DNA of 63,191 nucleotides, the filler included, from Chiloscyllium plagiosum (Eukaryota), in assembly GCF_004010195.1 (NCBI RefSeq). It is 3 parts of one record of this genome, joined end to end, with 100 filler letters (N's around TTAATTAATTAA, not from the genome) between each part and the next. Parts side by side here need not be neighbours in the genome. Positions count along the whole stretch, not along the records: positions 1 to 27,789 come from NC_057716.1; 2 more parts are not named here. The stretch is one strand, 5' to 3'. Both the position numbers and the translations under genes were made by a program. Below the pieces are notes generated by a model. That model searched no databases. It was not told where the DNA came from and saw only the letters and a list, made by a program, of their open reading frames with translations. This document shows positions 1 to 13,388 of the stretch, one piece after another (position 1 is the stretch's first letter; each line of letters begins with the position of its first letter).

Positions 1-640
1 TTTGGTATGCTTTCCTTTATTGGTCAGAATATTGAGTACAGGAGTTGGGAGGGCATGTTGCTGCTGTACAGCATTGATTGGGCCACTGTTGGAATATTGT
101 GTGCAATTCTGGTCTCCTTCCTATTGGAAAGATGTTGTGAAACTTGAAAGGGTTTAGAAAAGATTTACAAGGATTTTGCCAGGGTTGGAGAATCTGAGCT
201 ATAGGGAGAGGCTGAACAGGCTGGGGCTGTTTTCCCTGGAGTGTCGGAGGCTGAGGGGTGACCTTATAGAGGTTTACAAAATTATGAGGGGCATGGATAG
301 GATAAATAGGCAAAGTCTTTTCCCTGGGATTGGGGAGTTCAGAACGAGAGGGCATAGGTTTAGGGTGAGAGGGGGAAGATATAAAAGAGATCTTAGAAGC
401 AACTTTTTCACGCAGAAGGTGGTACGTGTATGGAATGAGCTGCCAGAGGATGTGGTGGAGGCTGGTACAATTGCAACATTTAAGAGGCATTTGGATTGGT
501 GTATGAATAGGAAGGGTTTGGAGGGATATGGGCCGGGTGCTGGCAGGTGGGACTAGGTTGGGTTGGGATATCTGGTCGGCATGGACGGGTTGGACCGAAG
601 GGTCTGTTTCCATGCTGTACATCTCTATGACTCTATGACT
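1..640 (+). mobile_element. CR1-clade (HER1-like) LINE 3' end
   Basis: ORF 176-556 (LSYRERLNRLGLFSLECRRLRGDLIEVYKIM...RTRGH...FFTQKVVRVWNELP) and a (ctctatga)n tail. Confidence 0.92.
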
Positions 641-1488
641 CATGAATGAAACATAATTTTAATAAACCTTTCACTTTTGTTAACATTTGTTCATTTGCAC
701 TGTTACGATATCTACCTGAGTAATTTTCATGCATTAGACCTGGTTAAACCATGCCCATGTGAAGGGTGGGCAGCCCCTTCTGATCTCAAGAATGAAAGAT
801 GTTGTAATAGCCAAACATTTCTTCTTTTTCTCAAGCAACTGACACCTTGACAGTGTACAGTATCAGATGTCAGAGGTCATCAAAACATGGCATTTATGAT
901 TGCAGCCAAGGTGTTACACTTTACTGCGGACGAGACTGAGGCTAAATGCAGCATACAAGTGTTGTGTTTGGGACTGGTGTACACTCATTGTTCCACAGTT
1001 ACTCCATTTCAGAAGTGAAGGTATGGAATCGGTTATATTTTTATGTGTGAACTTTTCAAGGGAATGAATTGGGCAGCTTACATGTCCACTCTCCTTCATA
1101 GCCATTGGTCTGCTGAGAGAAGTTGTACAAAATGTTGCCTCTTATATTTCAGTGCTATTCATGAATTTCAGGGCAATGTAACAGTCTACACACAGGGAAA
1201 TATTGAGGAGTTACTAGTAATGGATAGGTCATAAGGAGACTCCTCAGGATTCTTCTCACCCTGCTGGCTATCACGAGAGACTTTACTGCACAGCATTCAG
1301 AGATGAAACCTTGATGAAAGCCTTAAGAGCTACTTAAACTTAGCATCTCATGCTGCTTTATCTCTCATGGTCAGGAGGACATACCATATGTAGATACTTG
1401 AAATTGGAAACATCCAAAGACATCAAGCATATAGTCAGATAAATTACAAGACATTTATCCAGCAACAGAAAAGGTCAAGAACAGTAAA

Positions 1489-1988
1489 NNNNNNNNNNNN
1501 NNNNNNNNNNNNNNNNNNNNNNNNNNNNNNNNNNNNNNNNNNNNNNNNNNNNNNNNNNNNNNNNNNNNNNNNNNNNNNNNNNNNNNNNNNNNNNNNNNNN
1601 NNNNNNNNNNNNNNNNNNNNNNNNNNNNNNNNNNNNNNNNNNNNNNNNNNNNNNNNNNNNNNNNNNNNNNNNNNNNNNNNNNNNNNNNNNNNNNNNNNNN
1701 NNNNNNNNNNNNNNNNNNNNNNNNNNNNNNNNNNNNNNNNNNNNNNNNNNNNNNNNNNNNNNNNNNNNNNNNNNNNNNNNNNNNNNNNNNNNNNNNNNNN
1801 NNNNNNNNNNNNNNNNNNNNNNNNNNNNNNNNNNNNNNNNNNNNNNNNNNNNNNNNNNNNNNNNNNNNNNNNNNNNNNNNNNNNNNNNNNNNNNNNNNNN
1901 NNNNNNNNNNNNNNNNNNNNNNNNNNNNNNNNNNNNNNNNNNNNNNNNNNNNNNNNNNNNNNNNNNNNNNNNNNNNNNNNNNNNNNNN
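1489..1988. other. Assembly gap (500 N)
   Basis: Run of N. Confidence 0.99.
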
Positions 1989-2530
1989 AAAATCAGAACA
2001 GATATGACGAAGGCGGAGAAACTGGGAAATGGAATGGAGTCTTTATGAGAAGTATGATGTTAGGATGTATAATCCAGGTAACTGTGGGACTCGATTGGTT
2101 TGTAATGAATATTGGGGGCCAGACTGTCCCAAAATGGAAAAAGTGATGTTGAGCAAGGGAAGGGAGGAGTCAGAAACAGACCAGGTTAAGGTGAGAGCAG
2201 GGTGGAAGTTGGAAGTGTAATTGATAATTTTTTCCAATTCTGAATGAGACAGGAAAGCAGCACAGGTGATATCATTGATGTACCGGAGAAAGGCAGAAAT
2301 CACATGACAGCAGGTTATCATTCAACAGGTTTATTTGAAATTATGAGCTTTCAGAGTGTTGTGCCTTTGTCAGGAGAAAAGATTGTGGAAAGGGACCTGG
2401 CATAGGACCAGAAAAAGGGGTCTTCCACATACCCCATAAAGCAAAAGCATAACTGGGGTCCATGCGGGTACCCATGGCCACACCTTTGATCTGAAGGAAG
2501 TGAGAGGAGTTAAAGGAGAAGTTGTTCAAA
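1989..2530 (-). mobile_element. Penelope-like element RT fragment
   Basis: NNFSFNSSHFLQIKGVAMGTRMDPSYA and FLRYINDI..NFHPALTLTW (RT motifs 4-6). Confidence 0.85.
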
Positions 2531-4234
2531 CTTGTTACATTGTGCCAACCTGAAGAAGACCCATTTACACCTATTTGCTACTTCCTGTTAAAGACAATTG
2601 ACAGTTAGGCAAACAGCTTGTGATGAACTCATTTTCCTGGCTTAATAACCTAAATGTTCTGCAGGGTCTGGCATGAGTAATGCATCTGTTTTAATTTCAC
2701 CTGTTTCAATTTAAGGTTTATTTTTCAGATTCAAAGAAATAAGCAAAAATTGATCTTTGCAGCTTGTACTGAGTATGACAATTTATCTTTGCATAAAATG
2801 CATGTCTCTTAACTTGGTAAATTAACTCTTCCTATAAAGGTAAACAGGTATATTTTAAAAAGGGAATATTCTGCTGGAAACATTTGTTCCCAATTGCTTA
2901 GTATTCCTAGGAATGTTATCTGAGTAGCTATTATTAGTAAAGGGATTTAACATTTTCGTACAACGTCTCTGCATCTAGGAGCATGTAACATTTGTTCCCA
3001 CACCAAAATAATAGCTGCTGGGGCATTGGAATAAGAGATGCCATCTGCTTGGCCTACACGACTACAGTTACAGAAGTGGATTGAAACTTAAAGAGCCTCA
3101 TTTTAAATCAATGTAAAGAGTTAATGTGAACCATTTCCTAATTAGGAATGGATGACTCAGAATTGGGGAAAGAGCTTGAAACTCTGTTGTGGAGCATTTT
3201 TATCATCCCTGCTGCACTGTAACTCTTCTGAGACACAACTTCGTCGAACATTATTTCAGAGACAGAATAATAAAGGCATCGCCTCTGTCGGTAATATACA
3301 AGGAAGAATAGACATTAAAGGAGAAGAAAATTCTGTGTTGTCTTTGTTACTTATTGTTCAGAAATTATAAAATCTTTCTTGATAAATTGTACTTGATTCA
3401 TAAATACTGGTTGTTCATGCCACATAAGGTCAAACACAAGGAGTTTTTAAGTAAAAGAAATTTGTACCATTAAACCCTAAAAACCTACAATTTTTCTGGT
3501 GTTATGCTTGCTACTCTGGTGTTGCTGCCCCTCTTGTTTCTCATCAGAGGTGAGAGATAAAACTGCACAAACTGTTGCCAGGTTGCAATGAAGGCAGACT
3601 GCAGCAAAGTGCAGATCACAATGAGTTAAGTCTAACACAGGTGAAATGACTTCCAAGCAGGGAAATTGGATGCAAAGCAGTAAGAGCATACTCTCAGAAA
3701 AAAAGTGTTGTGAACAACAGCCTTTTATTCAGGTGTAGTTGCAACTATTCTGTTTCACACTTGGCAATTTTCCAACTTCTTAGTTTCCCTGAAGTACTGT
3801 CCATTGAATCCTCGCTCGGATGGCCTTGGCAATTTTCACACGGCTCAGGAAACCAGTCACAGTTGTTAAAAACAGAACTCGTTGATATGCAAGTTGAGAA
3901 ATTCACTGAGGTTTCTCCACCACCATCGCAAGCCTACCTTGGTTGGTTAACATGTGTTGAGATTTACATAGAATGGTGGCCTCATCAACAGTATTGAAAA
4001 ATGTGTTGCTGGAAAAGCGCAGCAGGTCAGGCAGCATCCAAGGAGCTGGAGAATCGACGTTTCGGGCATAAGCCCTTCTTCAGGGCTTATGCCCAAAACG
4101 TCGATTCGCCTGCTCCTTGGATCCTGCCTGACCTGCTGCGCTTTTCCAGCAACACATTTTTCAGCTCTGATCTCCAGCGTCTGCAGTCCTCACTTTCATC
4201 AACAATATTGGCAGCAGAGCCCCAGCCATTTGCA

Positions 4235-4740
4235 GAAATCAAATGCAAAAGCAAATGTTGGTTGAGATGTAGCCAGATATGTAGGCCACACATCTCAACG
4301 ACTGGCTGATTGGCACATATTGCAGTCATTTAACATGTGTTTGCAAAATCCAAACATACCATCTTTTGCGAGATGTGATTCTGCGATTGGACAACATCTG
4401 CTGAACAATGGTTAATTTGCTAATAGCTACACTAACAGAAAATTTAAGACAATCAATCAAGTTTGTAAGAGTAATTTACACTTGTTAGAAGTGGCACACA
4501 GTCACATGGTGGGTGCATTCTCAAAACAAAGAACTATATTCAAACACGGTGCCTTTTTTGATTTACCCATAACTACTGGGAACCTAACATTTCCTCTTGC
4601 TTTCTCCATGGCAAATCCTTAACTGTTCAGAGTCAATTTGCCAATCATTCAGCCAGTATTTCTTCCTGCAGTAACAATAGTAATTGTTTGAAATTTTGCA
4701 TTCTTGCATTTGTACTTATCAATACACAATGAAGAGTTTC
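4235..4740 (+). mobile_element. Old Penelope-like GIY-YIG endonuclease remnant (related copy at about 36290-37170)
   Basis: RYVGHTSQRLAD, DSAIGQHLLNN and LHLLEVA motifs. Confidence 0.7.
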
Positions 4741-5084
4741 ATAAGTACAGGAGGCGGCTATTCAGTCAATCCAGCCTGCCTCATCATTCAATAAATCAAG
4801 GCTAATTGGAAGTATCAATGCCTTTTACTCACCCCATCCTCATAATGCATGATAAAGCGGAAATCTGTAGTGCCATTCATCATTTCTCTTTACTGCTAAA
4901 CTAGTTATGGTTGTATCTGTTAAACCAATTATTTGGATACAATAATATTATGACTGCACTGAGACTGCTTGGCGTGAATAGCGGGAAGACTGTAATGTCA
5001 GTTCAAAGATGTGTTTCCATGAAAATAGCCAGTAACTTTGAAATAGAATGAGGGATGGTGAAGAAATGGAGTCATGGAATAAGG

Positions 5085-5290
5085 AGAGAGAAAGGAATGA
5101 CAGAAAGAAAAAAAGAGAGGAAGAAAGCGGGAAAGAGAGAAAAAAGAAAGGAAGAGAGAAAGAAAGCGGGAAAGAGAGAAAAAAGAAAGGAAGAGAGAAA
5201 GAAAGCAGGAAAGAGAGAAGAAAGAAAGGAAGAGAGAAAGAAAGGAAGAAAGAAAGACAGAAAGAGAAAGAAAGAGAGGAGAGAAAGAAA
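5085..5290 (+). repeat. Polypurine low-complexity tract with a 39-bp tandem unit (about 3 copies)
   Basis: Unit aagaaagcgggaaagagagaaaaaagaaaggaagagaga repeated. Confidence 0.85.
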
Positions 5291-5769
5291 CAGCAGTCTG
5301 AAGAAAGGAATGTAAGATGATTGAGAGAAAAGAAAGAGGCTTCTGAATGGGGAAATAAGGCATGGAGAAAGTGAGCTTAGTAAAGAATTAAGTAAAATGA
5401 GGAATAAGATGTTTCATTCAAGTTGCAAAGAAACATGGGAAAGTTTTCAAAGACATGACAGGAAAGGGTTTGTCTTCAAGGAGATGTTAGGATGTAATAC
5501 TAATTCTCTTGGATTATGTGCTATAGATTGGTCCAAGTGTAGTTTTATATCAGAAGAAAAAAACCCAATAAAACTACTTTAGCTGAGTTACTGCCTCAGG
5601 TAATGGTCACACACTGCAACTTGCAATTTAATTCATTTCGACTTCAATTTCAATTTTTCAATTTCACTCAGAGTGGGGGACTACCCAATGATCTACAAGA
5701 GGTATTCTATTTCGTTATGAAAATCCCAGCTTTTCTTCAGAAGTCTCAGCCTTGCCATTTGAATCTTTG

Positions 5770-7021
5770 CGATGTTTAGAAAGATAAAATCCCCTACCAT
5801 AACCACCCTATTATTCTTACATATAGCTGACATCTCCTTAAAGTTTCTTTCTCAATTTCCCTCTGACTACTGGGGGGTCTATAATACAATCCCAATAAGG
5901 TGATCATCCCTTTCTTTTCTCTCAGTTCCACCCAAATAACTTCCCTGGATATATTTCCAGGAATATCCTCCTTCAGCACAGCTGTAATGCTATCATGTAT
6001 CAAAAATGCCACTCCCCCTCCTCTCTTGCCTCCCTTTCTATCCTTCCTGTAGCATTTGTATCCTGGAACATTAAGCTGCCAGTCCTGCCCATCCCTGAGC
6101 CACGTTTCTGTAACTGCTGTGATATCCCAGTCCCATGTTCCTAACCATGCCCTGAGTTCATCTGCCTTCCTTGTTAGGCCCCTTGCATTGAAATAAATGC
6201 AGTTTAAAGTTATTAGTCCTCCCTTGTCCCTGCCTGCCCGACTCACTTCTGTTCTCAACTGTACCAGTCTCCGATCGATCTCTTTCCTCAATATCTCCCT
6301 GGGTCCCTCCCCCTCTCCTTACTGGTTTAAATCCTCCCAAGCAGTTCTTGCAAATTTCCCTGCCAGTACATTAGTCCCCTTCCAATTTAGGTGCGATCCA
6401 TCCTTCATGTACATGTCACTGCTACCCCAAAAGAGATTCCAGTGGTCCAAAAATGTGAATCCTTCTCCCATAAACCAGCTCCTCAGCCATGTATTCATCC
6501 GCTCTGTCCTCCTATTCCTACCCTCACCAACTCGTAGTACTGGGAGTAATCCAGATATTATTACCCTTGGGGACCTCCTTTTTAAATTTATGCCTAACTC
6601 TCTGTGATCTCCCTTCATATTCTCATCCTTTTCCCTTCCTATGTCGTTGGTTCCAATGTGGACAATGACCTCCTGCTGGCCCCTCTCTCCCGTGAGAACA
6701 TTCTGCACCGTCTCTGAGTCATCCTTGATCCTGGCACCAGGGAAACAACATACCATTCTGCCTTTTCTCTGCTGGCCACAGAAATGTCTGTCTGTACCTC
6801 GGACTACAGAATCCCCTTACACAATTGATCTCTTGGAAGCCGACGTATCCCTCATTGCATTAGGGCCATTCTCAATACCAGAAACTTAGCTGCTCGTGCT
6901 ACGTTCCCCTGAGAATCCATCACCCCCTACATTTCCCTAAACAGCATACCTGTTTGAAATGGGTATATCCATAAAAGACTCCTGCACTAGGTGCCAATCT
7001 CTCTCACCCTTCCTGGAGTTG
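5770..7021 (-). mobile_element. CR1-clade LINE, inverted 5' segment (ORF1 SGNH esterase plus ORF2 endonuclease N-terminus)
   Basis: ORF 6319-6756 (VCCFPGARIKD..VHIGTNDIG..DGSHLN) and ORF 5794-6291 (CIYFNARGL..AVTETWL..LYYRPP). Confidence 0.9.
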
Positions 7022-8900
7022 ACAAACAACGACTGGGACTGCCAAAATGTTAAAGGTTTAGATGGAGAGGAATTTCTTAAGTGTGTAAAAGACAATTTTC
7101 TGATTCAGTATGCGGATTACCTACTAGAGAAGATGCAAAACTTTACCTATTCTTGGGAAATAACGCAGGGCAGGTGACTGAGGTGTCAGTGGGGGAGCAC
7201 TTTGGGGCCAGCGACCATAATTCTATTCGTTTTAAAATCGTGATGGAAAAGGATAGACCAGATCTAAAAGTTGAAGTTCTAAATTGGAGAAAGGAGAAAG
7301 TGAGGACTGCAGGTGCTGGAGATCAGTGAGGACTGCAGATGCTGGAGATCAGTGCATAAGCCCCTTCCTGACATATGCTTCCTGAAGAAGGGCTTATGCC
7401 CAAAACGTCGATTCTCCTGCTCCTTGGATGCTGCCTGACCTGCTGCGCTTTTCCAGCAACACATTTTTCAGCTCTAAATTGGAGAAAGGCCAATTTTGAC
7501 GGTATTAGGCAAGAACTTTCGAAAGCTGATTGGAGGCAGATGTTCGCTGGTAAAGGGACGGCTGGAAAATGGGAAGCCTTCAGAAATGGGTAGCGAGAAT
7601 CCATAGAAAGTATATTCCTGGTAGGGTGAAAGGAAAGGCTGGTAGGTATAGGGAATGCTGGATGATGAAAGAAATTGAGGGTTTGATTAAGAAAAAGAAG
7701 GAAGCATATGTCAGGTATAGACAGGATAGATCGAGTGGATCCTCAGAAGAGTATAAAGAAAGTAGGAGTATACTTTAGAGGGAAATCAGGAGGGCAAAAC
7801 GGGAACATGAGATAGCTTTGGCAAATAGAATTAAGGAGAATCAAAAGTGTTTTTACAAATATATTAAGGACAAATGGGTAACCAAGGAGAGAATAGGGCC
7901 CCTCAAAGATCAGCAAGGCGGTCTTTGTGTGGAGCCACAGAAAATGGGGGAGATACTAAATGAATATTTTGCATCAGTATTTACTGTGGAGAAGGATATG
8001 GAAGATACAGACTGTAGGGAAATAGATGGTGACATCTTGCAAAATGTCCAGATTACAGAGGAGGAAGTGCTGGATATCTTGAAACGGTTAAAGGTGGATA
8101 AATCCCCAGAACCTGATCAGGTGTATCTGAGAACTCTGTGGGAAGCTAGAGAAGTGATTGCTGGGCCTCTTGCTGAGATATTTGTATCATCAATAGTCAC
8201 AGGTGAGGTGCCGGAAGACTGGACGTTGGCAAACGTGGTGCCACTTTTTAAGAAGGGCGGTAAAGACAAGCCAGGAAACTATAGACCGGTGAGCCTGCCC
8301 TTGGTGGTGGGCAAGTTGTTGGAGGGAATCCTGAGGGATAGGATGTGAGGATGTTGTGAAACTTGGAGGAGAAAGTGAGGTCTGCAGATGCTGGAGATCA
8401 AAGTTGAAACTTTATTGCTGGAACAGCACAGCAGGTCAGGCAGCATCCAGGGAACAGGAGATTCGACGTTTCGGGCACAGGCCCTTCTTCAGGATTCCTG
8501 AAGGGCCTGTGCCCGGGGTGACCTCATAGAGGTTTACAAGATTATGAGGGGAATGGATAGAGTAAATAGGCAAAGTCTTTTCTCTGGGGTCGGGGAGTCC
8601 AGAACTAGAGGGCGTAGGTTTAGGGTGAGAGGGGAAAGATATAAAAGAGACATAAGGGGCAACTTTTTCAGAGGGTGGTACGTGTATGGAATGAGCTGCC
8701 AGAAGATGTGGTGGAGGCTGGTACAATTGCAATATTTAAGAGACATTTGGATGGGTATATGAATAGGAAGGGTGTGGAGGGATATGGGCCGGGTGCTGGC
8801 AGGTGGGACTAGATTGGGTTGGGATATCTGGTCGGCATGGACAGGTTGGACCGAAGGGTCTGTTTCCATGCAGTACATCTCTATGACTCTGTGACTCTAA
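7022..8900 (+). mobile_element. CR1-clade LINE ORF2 and 3' part (internally deleted, with nested Penelope fragments)
   Basis: SDHNSI, KSPEPDQVY and WTLANVVPLFKKG..PGNYRPVSL motifs; 3' tail ctctatgactctgtgactcta. Confidence 0.9.
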
Positions 8901-9325
8901 ATCACAGTCAGCAAATTGGAAGTCAATTAAAAGCTCTATGAAAAATTATTTCTCAAGGTATGTATAAGTAGTCAATATTCTCATGTTGGATGTTTTAATT
9001 TTTAAGTGACCTTCAAAAGTTTTCTTTTCTGATAGACTTCCCAAAGAAGGAGAAGGTGAGAGTCATCAGCAATGTTACTGGCAGCATTTGCACTGATTTG
9101 ATGGCAAGTATTACTGCTGATGACCACAATAATTGATCCATTGTGTTTCACATATATGCCCCATTTTGTAAGAACATTATGAATATGGTTGCTCACATTT
9201 CTACTATATTGTCCTGGTTTGTCACAGCTAATCATTTAAATTGGCCAACCCAAGCACAAAAGTTCAAATAATTGCATCTTTCACGCTAGGTTTAAAACCA
9301 GCTGTGCACCAATTTTGAATTAATC

Positions 9326-9800
9326 ACTTGGCCATGCCGATCAGATATCCGAAATTAATCTCGTTCCATTTGCCAGCACTTGGCCAATATCTCTCCAAAC
9401 CATTCCTATTTATATACCGATCCAGATGCCTTTTAAATGTTGTCATTGTACTAGCCTCCACCAATTCCTCTGGCAGCTCATTCCATACATGTATCACCCT
9501 CTGCGTGAAAAAATTGCCCCTTAGTTCCCTTTTAAATCTTCCCACTCACCCTAAACCTATGCCCCCACCACAGGGAAAAGACCTTGTTTATTTACCCTAT
9601 CTATGCCTCTCATAGATTTTATAAACCTCTACAAGGTCTCCTCTTCGCCTCTGATAGGAAAAAGAGTGCCAGCCTATTTTGACTCTCCCTATTGCTCAAA
9701 CCCTTCAACCCTGGGAACATCCTTGTAAATCTTTTCTGAACCCTTTCAAGTTTCACAACATCCTTCCGATAGGAGGGAAACCAGAAGTGCACACAATATT
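9326..9800 (-). mobile_element. CR1-clade LINE 3' fragment
   Basis: ORF 9324-9545 (RGNFFTQRVIHVWNELPEE). Confidence 0.85.
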
Positions 9801-11050
9801 ATAGTTTAAAGTTTTCTTCAGTTATTTAATGTCAGGCTCCTCAGAGGTAGTGCATTTGACACCCAATGTGAATTTGCCTAATTTTTGTGATATTTTGTAA
9901 TCAAATATATTCGTAACATTGTCCAAATGATTGCACTTAAATGCATCAAGGAATAGATTAAAAAAATGACATATTCAAACCTCATTGCATGCTTCATGGA
10001 AGATTTTATGTTCAGCAAATGAGTATGTGTAAAGAAAAAGGGCACTTCTGAAATCTAGTACAATTTTCAATAGCTCTGGATTATTGATTGTAACCAAAAT
10101 AGTAATTCTACTTCCTATATTGCAAATTCATGATCTGAAATTTGGTGACTTTGTAAGCACTCGAGGTACTATGTTGTTTCACCCCTTGATACTTAGCTAT
10201 TTTAATCTCCTTCATATCATTGAAATTATTTACTGCTTTAACAAATACTTATGTCAATTTTTATATTTCTCTTTCAATTTTTGCAGATCAACAGCTGTGA
10301 AGTGCCAAGAATAACTGTCATTTAGTGGTAGTCTTTTGAAGCGACTTTTTGCTTGCAATTGCAACAGCAGTCTTATCTCTTACAACTGTATGATAGTCAA
10401 CTAAATTTAATTTTAAAAAAGAGCAAACCTGGAACAAAGCCATGATTTTCTATTAAAAAGCATAACACATTTTTAATCAGTGCTGAACAGCAGTTCTTTA
10501 TGTTAGTTCTACTCTATTTCCCCTTTCCATGTCTTAGGCACACCCATCAGGCAAAGCCCAGAAAATGTACTGTGATGGTTAGAGATCAGAGAAGGGCCAC
10601 TGAATGGCTTTGTGGATAATAATTCCCTTCCTTGTATTTTTACTCACTTCCAGAGATAATCCAGTGCAATTAAATGAACCACAATAATTGATCCATTGTG
10701 TTTCACATATATGCCCCATTTTGTAAGAACTTTATGAATATGGTGGCTCACAATTCTACTATATTGTCCTGGTTTGTCACAGCTATTCATTTAAATTGGC
10801 CAAATCAAGCACAAACATTCAGAAGAATGTAGAACAGAACAGCACAGGAACGGTCCCTTTGGCCCATGATATTGTACCAAATCAAACTAATCCCTTCTCC
10901 TTGCCCTTGGTTCATATGCCTCCATTCCTTGCATATTCATTTGTTTATCTAAAAGTCCCTCAAATGCCCCTATCTGTCTGCCTCCACCACACCCCGGCAG
11001 CATGTTCCAGATTCCTACTGCTGTGTCTAAAAAATGTGCCCCTTACATCT

Positions 11051-11366
11051 CATAGAATCATAGAATCCCTACAGTGTGGAAACAGGCCATTTGGCCCAAC
11101 CGGTCCACACTGACCCACTGAAGAGTAATCTACCCAGACCCATTCTCCTACCCTACATTTACCCCTGACTAATGCAGCTATGGGCAATTAAGCATGGCCA
11201 ATTCATCCAACCTGCAAATTGTGGGAGGAAACTCGAGTACCCGGAGGAAACCCACGCAGACACAAGGAGAATGTGCAAATTCTATTCAGTCGCCCGAGGC
11301 TGGATTCTAACATGGGTCCCAGGCATTGTGAGGCAGCAGTGCTAACCACTGAACCACCGTGCCACC
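11051..11366 (-). mobile_element. HE1-type V-SINE
   Basis: Reverse complement of the V-SINE consensus. Confidence 0.8.
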
Positions 11367-12699
11367 CTATCTCTTCTGAACTTTCCCCCTCTCACCTTAA
11401 GTGCATGCTCGCCTTAGATATTTCAATTCAGGGAAAAGGATTCTGACCGTCAATCCTATCTATGTATCTCATAAATGATTGACTTTTACGAAGTCTCCCC
11501 TCAACTTCTGCCACTCCAGAGAAAACAATCCAAGTTTTTCGAGCCTCTCTTTATAGCTTATATCCTCTAATCTTCAAAGGTCAGTCTGTGGTTATACAGT
11601 TAACAGTAGTCTCTTCCATTTGGTATCATTCGTGATGCCTCAAGACAGACAAACTTGTGGAACCACAATTACAAATAAATAAATGTACTTCAATGTGCAA
11701 TGTACTCCTGTGAAATATTTCAAAAATAAAAGCTTGTTCATAGCTATTCAGGTAAATGCCATCCATGCACACATCGACATTTTTAACTTTATAAATGTTC
11801 AAGCATTTCACAAGCTCTTTATATCAACAATGTTTTAAAACAAACTCCAGAGAAAACAGTCTGAGATTTTCTAGTCTCTCCTTGTAGTTCATAATTCAGG
11901 CAGCATCCTGGTAAACCTGTTCTGCACCCTCTGCAAAGCCTCCACATTCTTCCTGTAATGTGGTGATCAGAATTGAATGCAATACTCCAAGTGTGGTCTA
12001 ACCAAAGCCTGAACACACTACTAAATGTTGATGTGCTGGCAGTTAGGGCTTGCCATTTACTTACTTTGTCCCTTACTCTTATCACGGTTATTAGTTTTGA
12101 CTGGGTTTTTGGTCACCTGGTACTTATTATCCTCGCAACACACTTATGTCTCAGCAGAAAACTGAGGTCCAAGCATTGAATGCAAATTAATCGGGGGGAA
12201 AGAAATAGATCAAATTCTGATTTCCAGTCTGTCCTGCATTGAATGTTTCAATTAGTTGCATTCAAAATGAAACAATAGTATTGGACTGCTATTATATTAC
12301 TGTCGAAGAACGTGGTGCTGGAAAAGCACAACTGGTCGGGCAGCATCAGAGGAACAGAAGAATTGACGTTTTGCGCATAAGCCCTTCTTTGCCAATTATT
12401 CAAAGCATGTTTCATGGTGAAACTTGGAAGTATGGCAGGTTTTACTAGATTTAGTAGCATATTAGATAAGATCTGTTGACATTGCCGTACCAGACAAATG
12501 CAAACACATCATGGATGACAAAATGCTATCTGATCCATCAAACATCCTTCATGCGTGATTCAACCTATATACATTATCAACCCAAAAAGATAAAAGAAAC
12601 TGAAACTAATTGAGAAACTGGAAAATTCCTCTCTAACTCTTAAAGAGAAACGAAGAGGTCTGCTGGAGACTGCTTCCATTTCTTAACATCTTTGCATTT

Positions 12700-13388
12700 G
12701 GGATCTTGGGATCCACGTATATAGATCCTTCAAAGCTGCCACTCAAGTTGATAGGATTGTTAAGAAGGTATATGCTGTTTTGGCTTTCATTAACAGGGAT
12801 TGGGTTTAAAGAGCTGCAATGTTTTGCTGCAACTCTGTAAAACCCTGGTTAGACCATACTTGGAACTGTGTCCAATTGGAATTCTGGTCGCTTCAATTTA
12901 GGAAGAATGTAGATGCTTTAGAGAGGAGATTTACCAGGATGCTGCTTGTATAGGAGGGCCTGTCTTATGAAGAGAGGTTGAGTGAGCTCGGGCTTTTCAC
13001 ACTGGAGAGAAGATGGAAGATAAGTTACTTGATAGAGGTGTACAAGGTAATGAGAGACATAGATATAGTAGATAGCCAGAGACATGTCCACAGGGCAGAA
13101 ATGGCTGTTATGAGGGGTCATAATTTTCAGGTGATTGGAGGAAGGTATAGGGGAGATGTCAGAGGTAGGTTCTTTATGCAAAGGGTGGTGGGTGCATGGA
13201 ATGCACTGTCAGCGGTAGTAGTAGAGTCGGAGGCATTAGGGACATTTAAGTGACTGCTGGACAAGCACATGGATGGCAGTAAATTGAAGGGTGTGTAGGT
13301 TAGGTTAATCTTAGATTAAGATAAATGCTCGGCATGACATCGTGGGCTGAAGGGCCTGTACTGTGCTGCACTGGTCTATATTGTATGG
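12700..13388 (+). mobile_element. CR1-clade LINE 3' fragment
   Basis: ORF 12978-13253 (LGLFTLERR..LIEVYK..RGH..FFMQRVVGAWNAL). Confidence 0.85.

Noticed and set aside
4001..4309. Recurrent small ORFs such as MCCWKSAAGQAASKE and LLLLGCCLTCCAFPA
   Set aside because: Translations of the Penelope terminal repeat on either strand, not a peptide gene family.
4998..5363. Hydrophobic and K/E/R-rich ORFs on both strands
   Set aside because: Translations of a polypurine low-complexity repeat.
9002..9235. CSYKMGHICE, resembling a CTLD C-terminus, in the duplicated 138-bp unit
   Set aside because: In-frame stop immediately upstream in both copies and no convincing splice sites.
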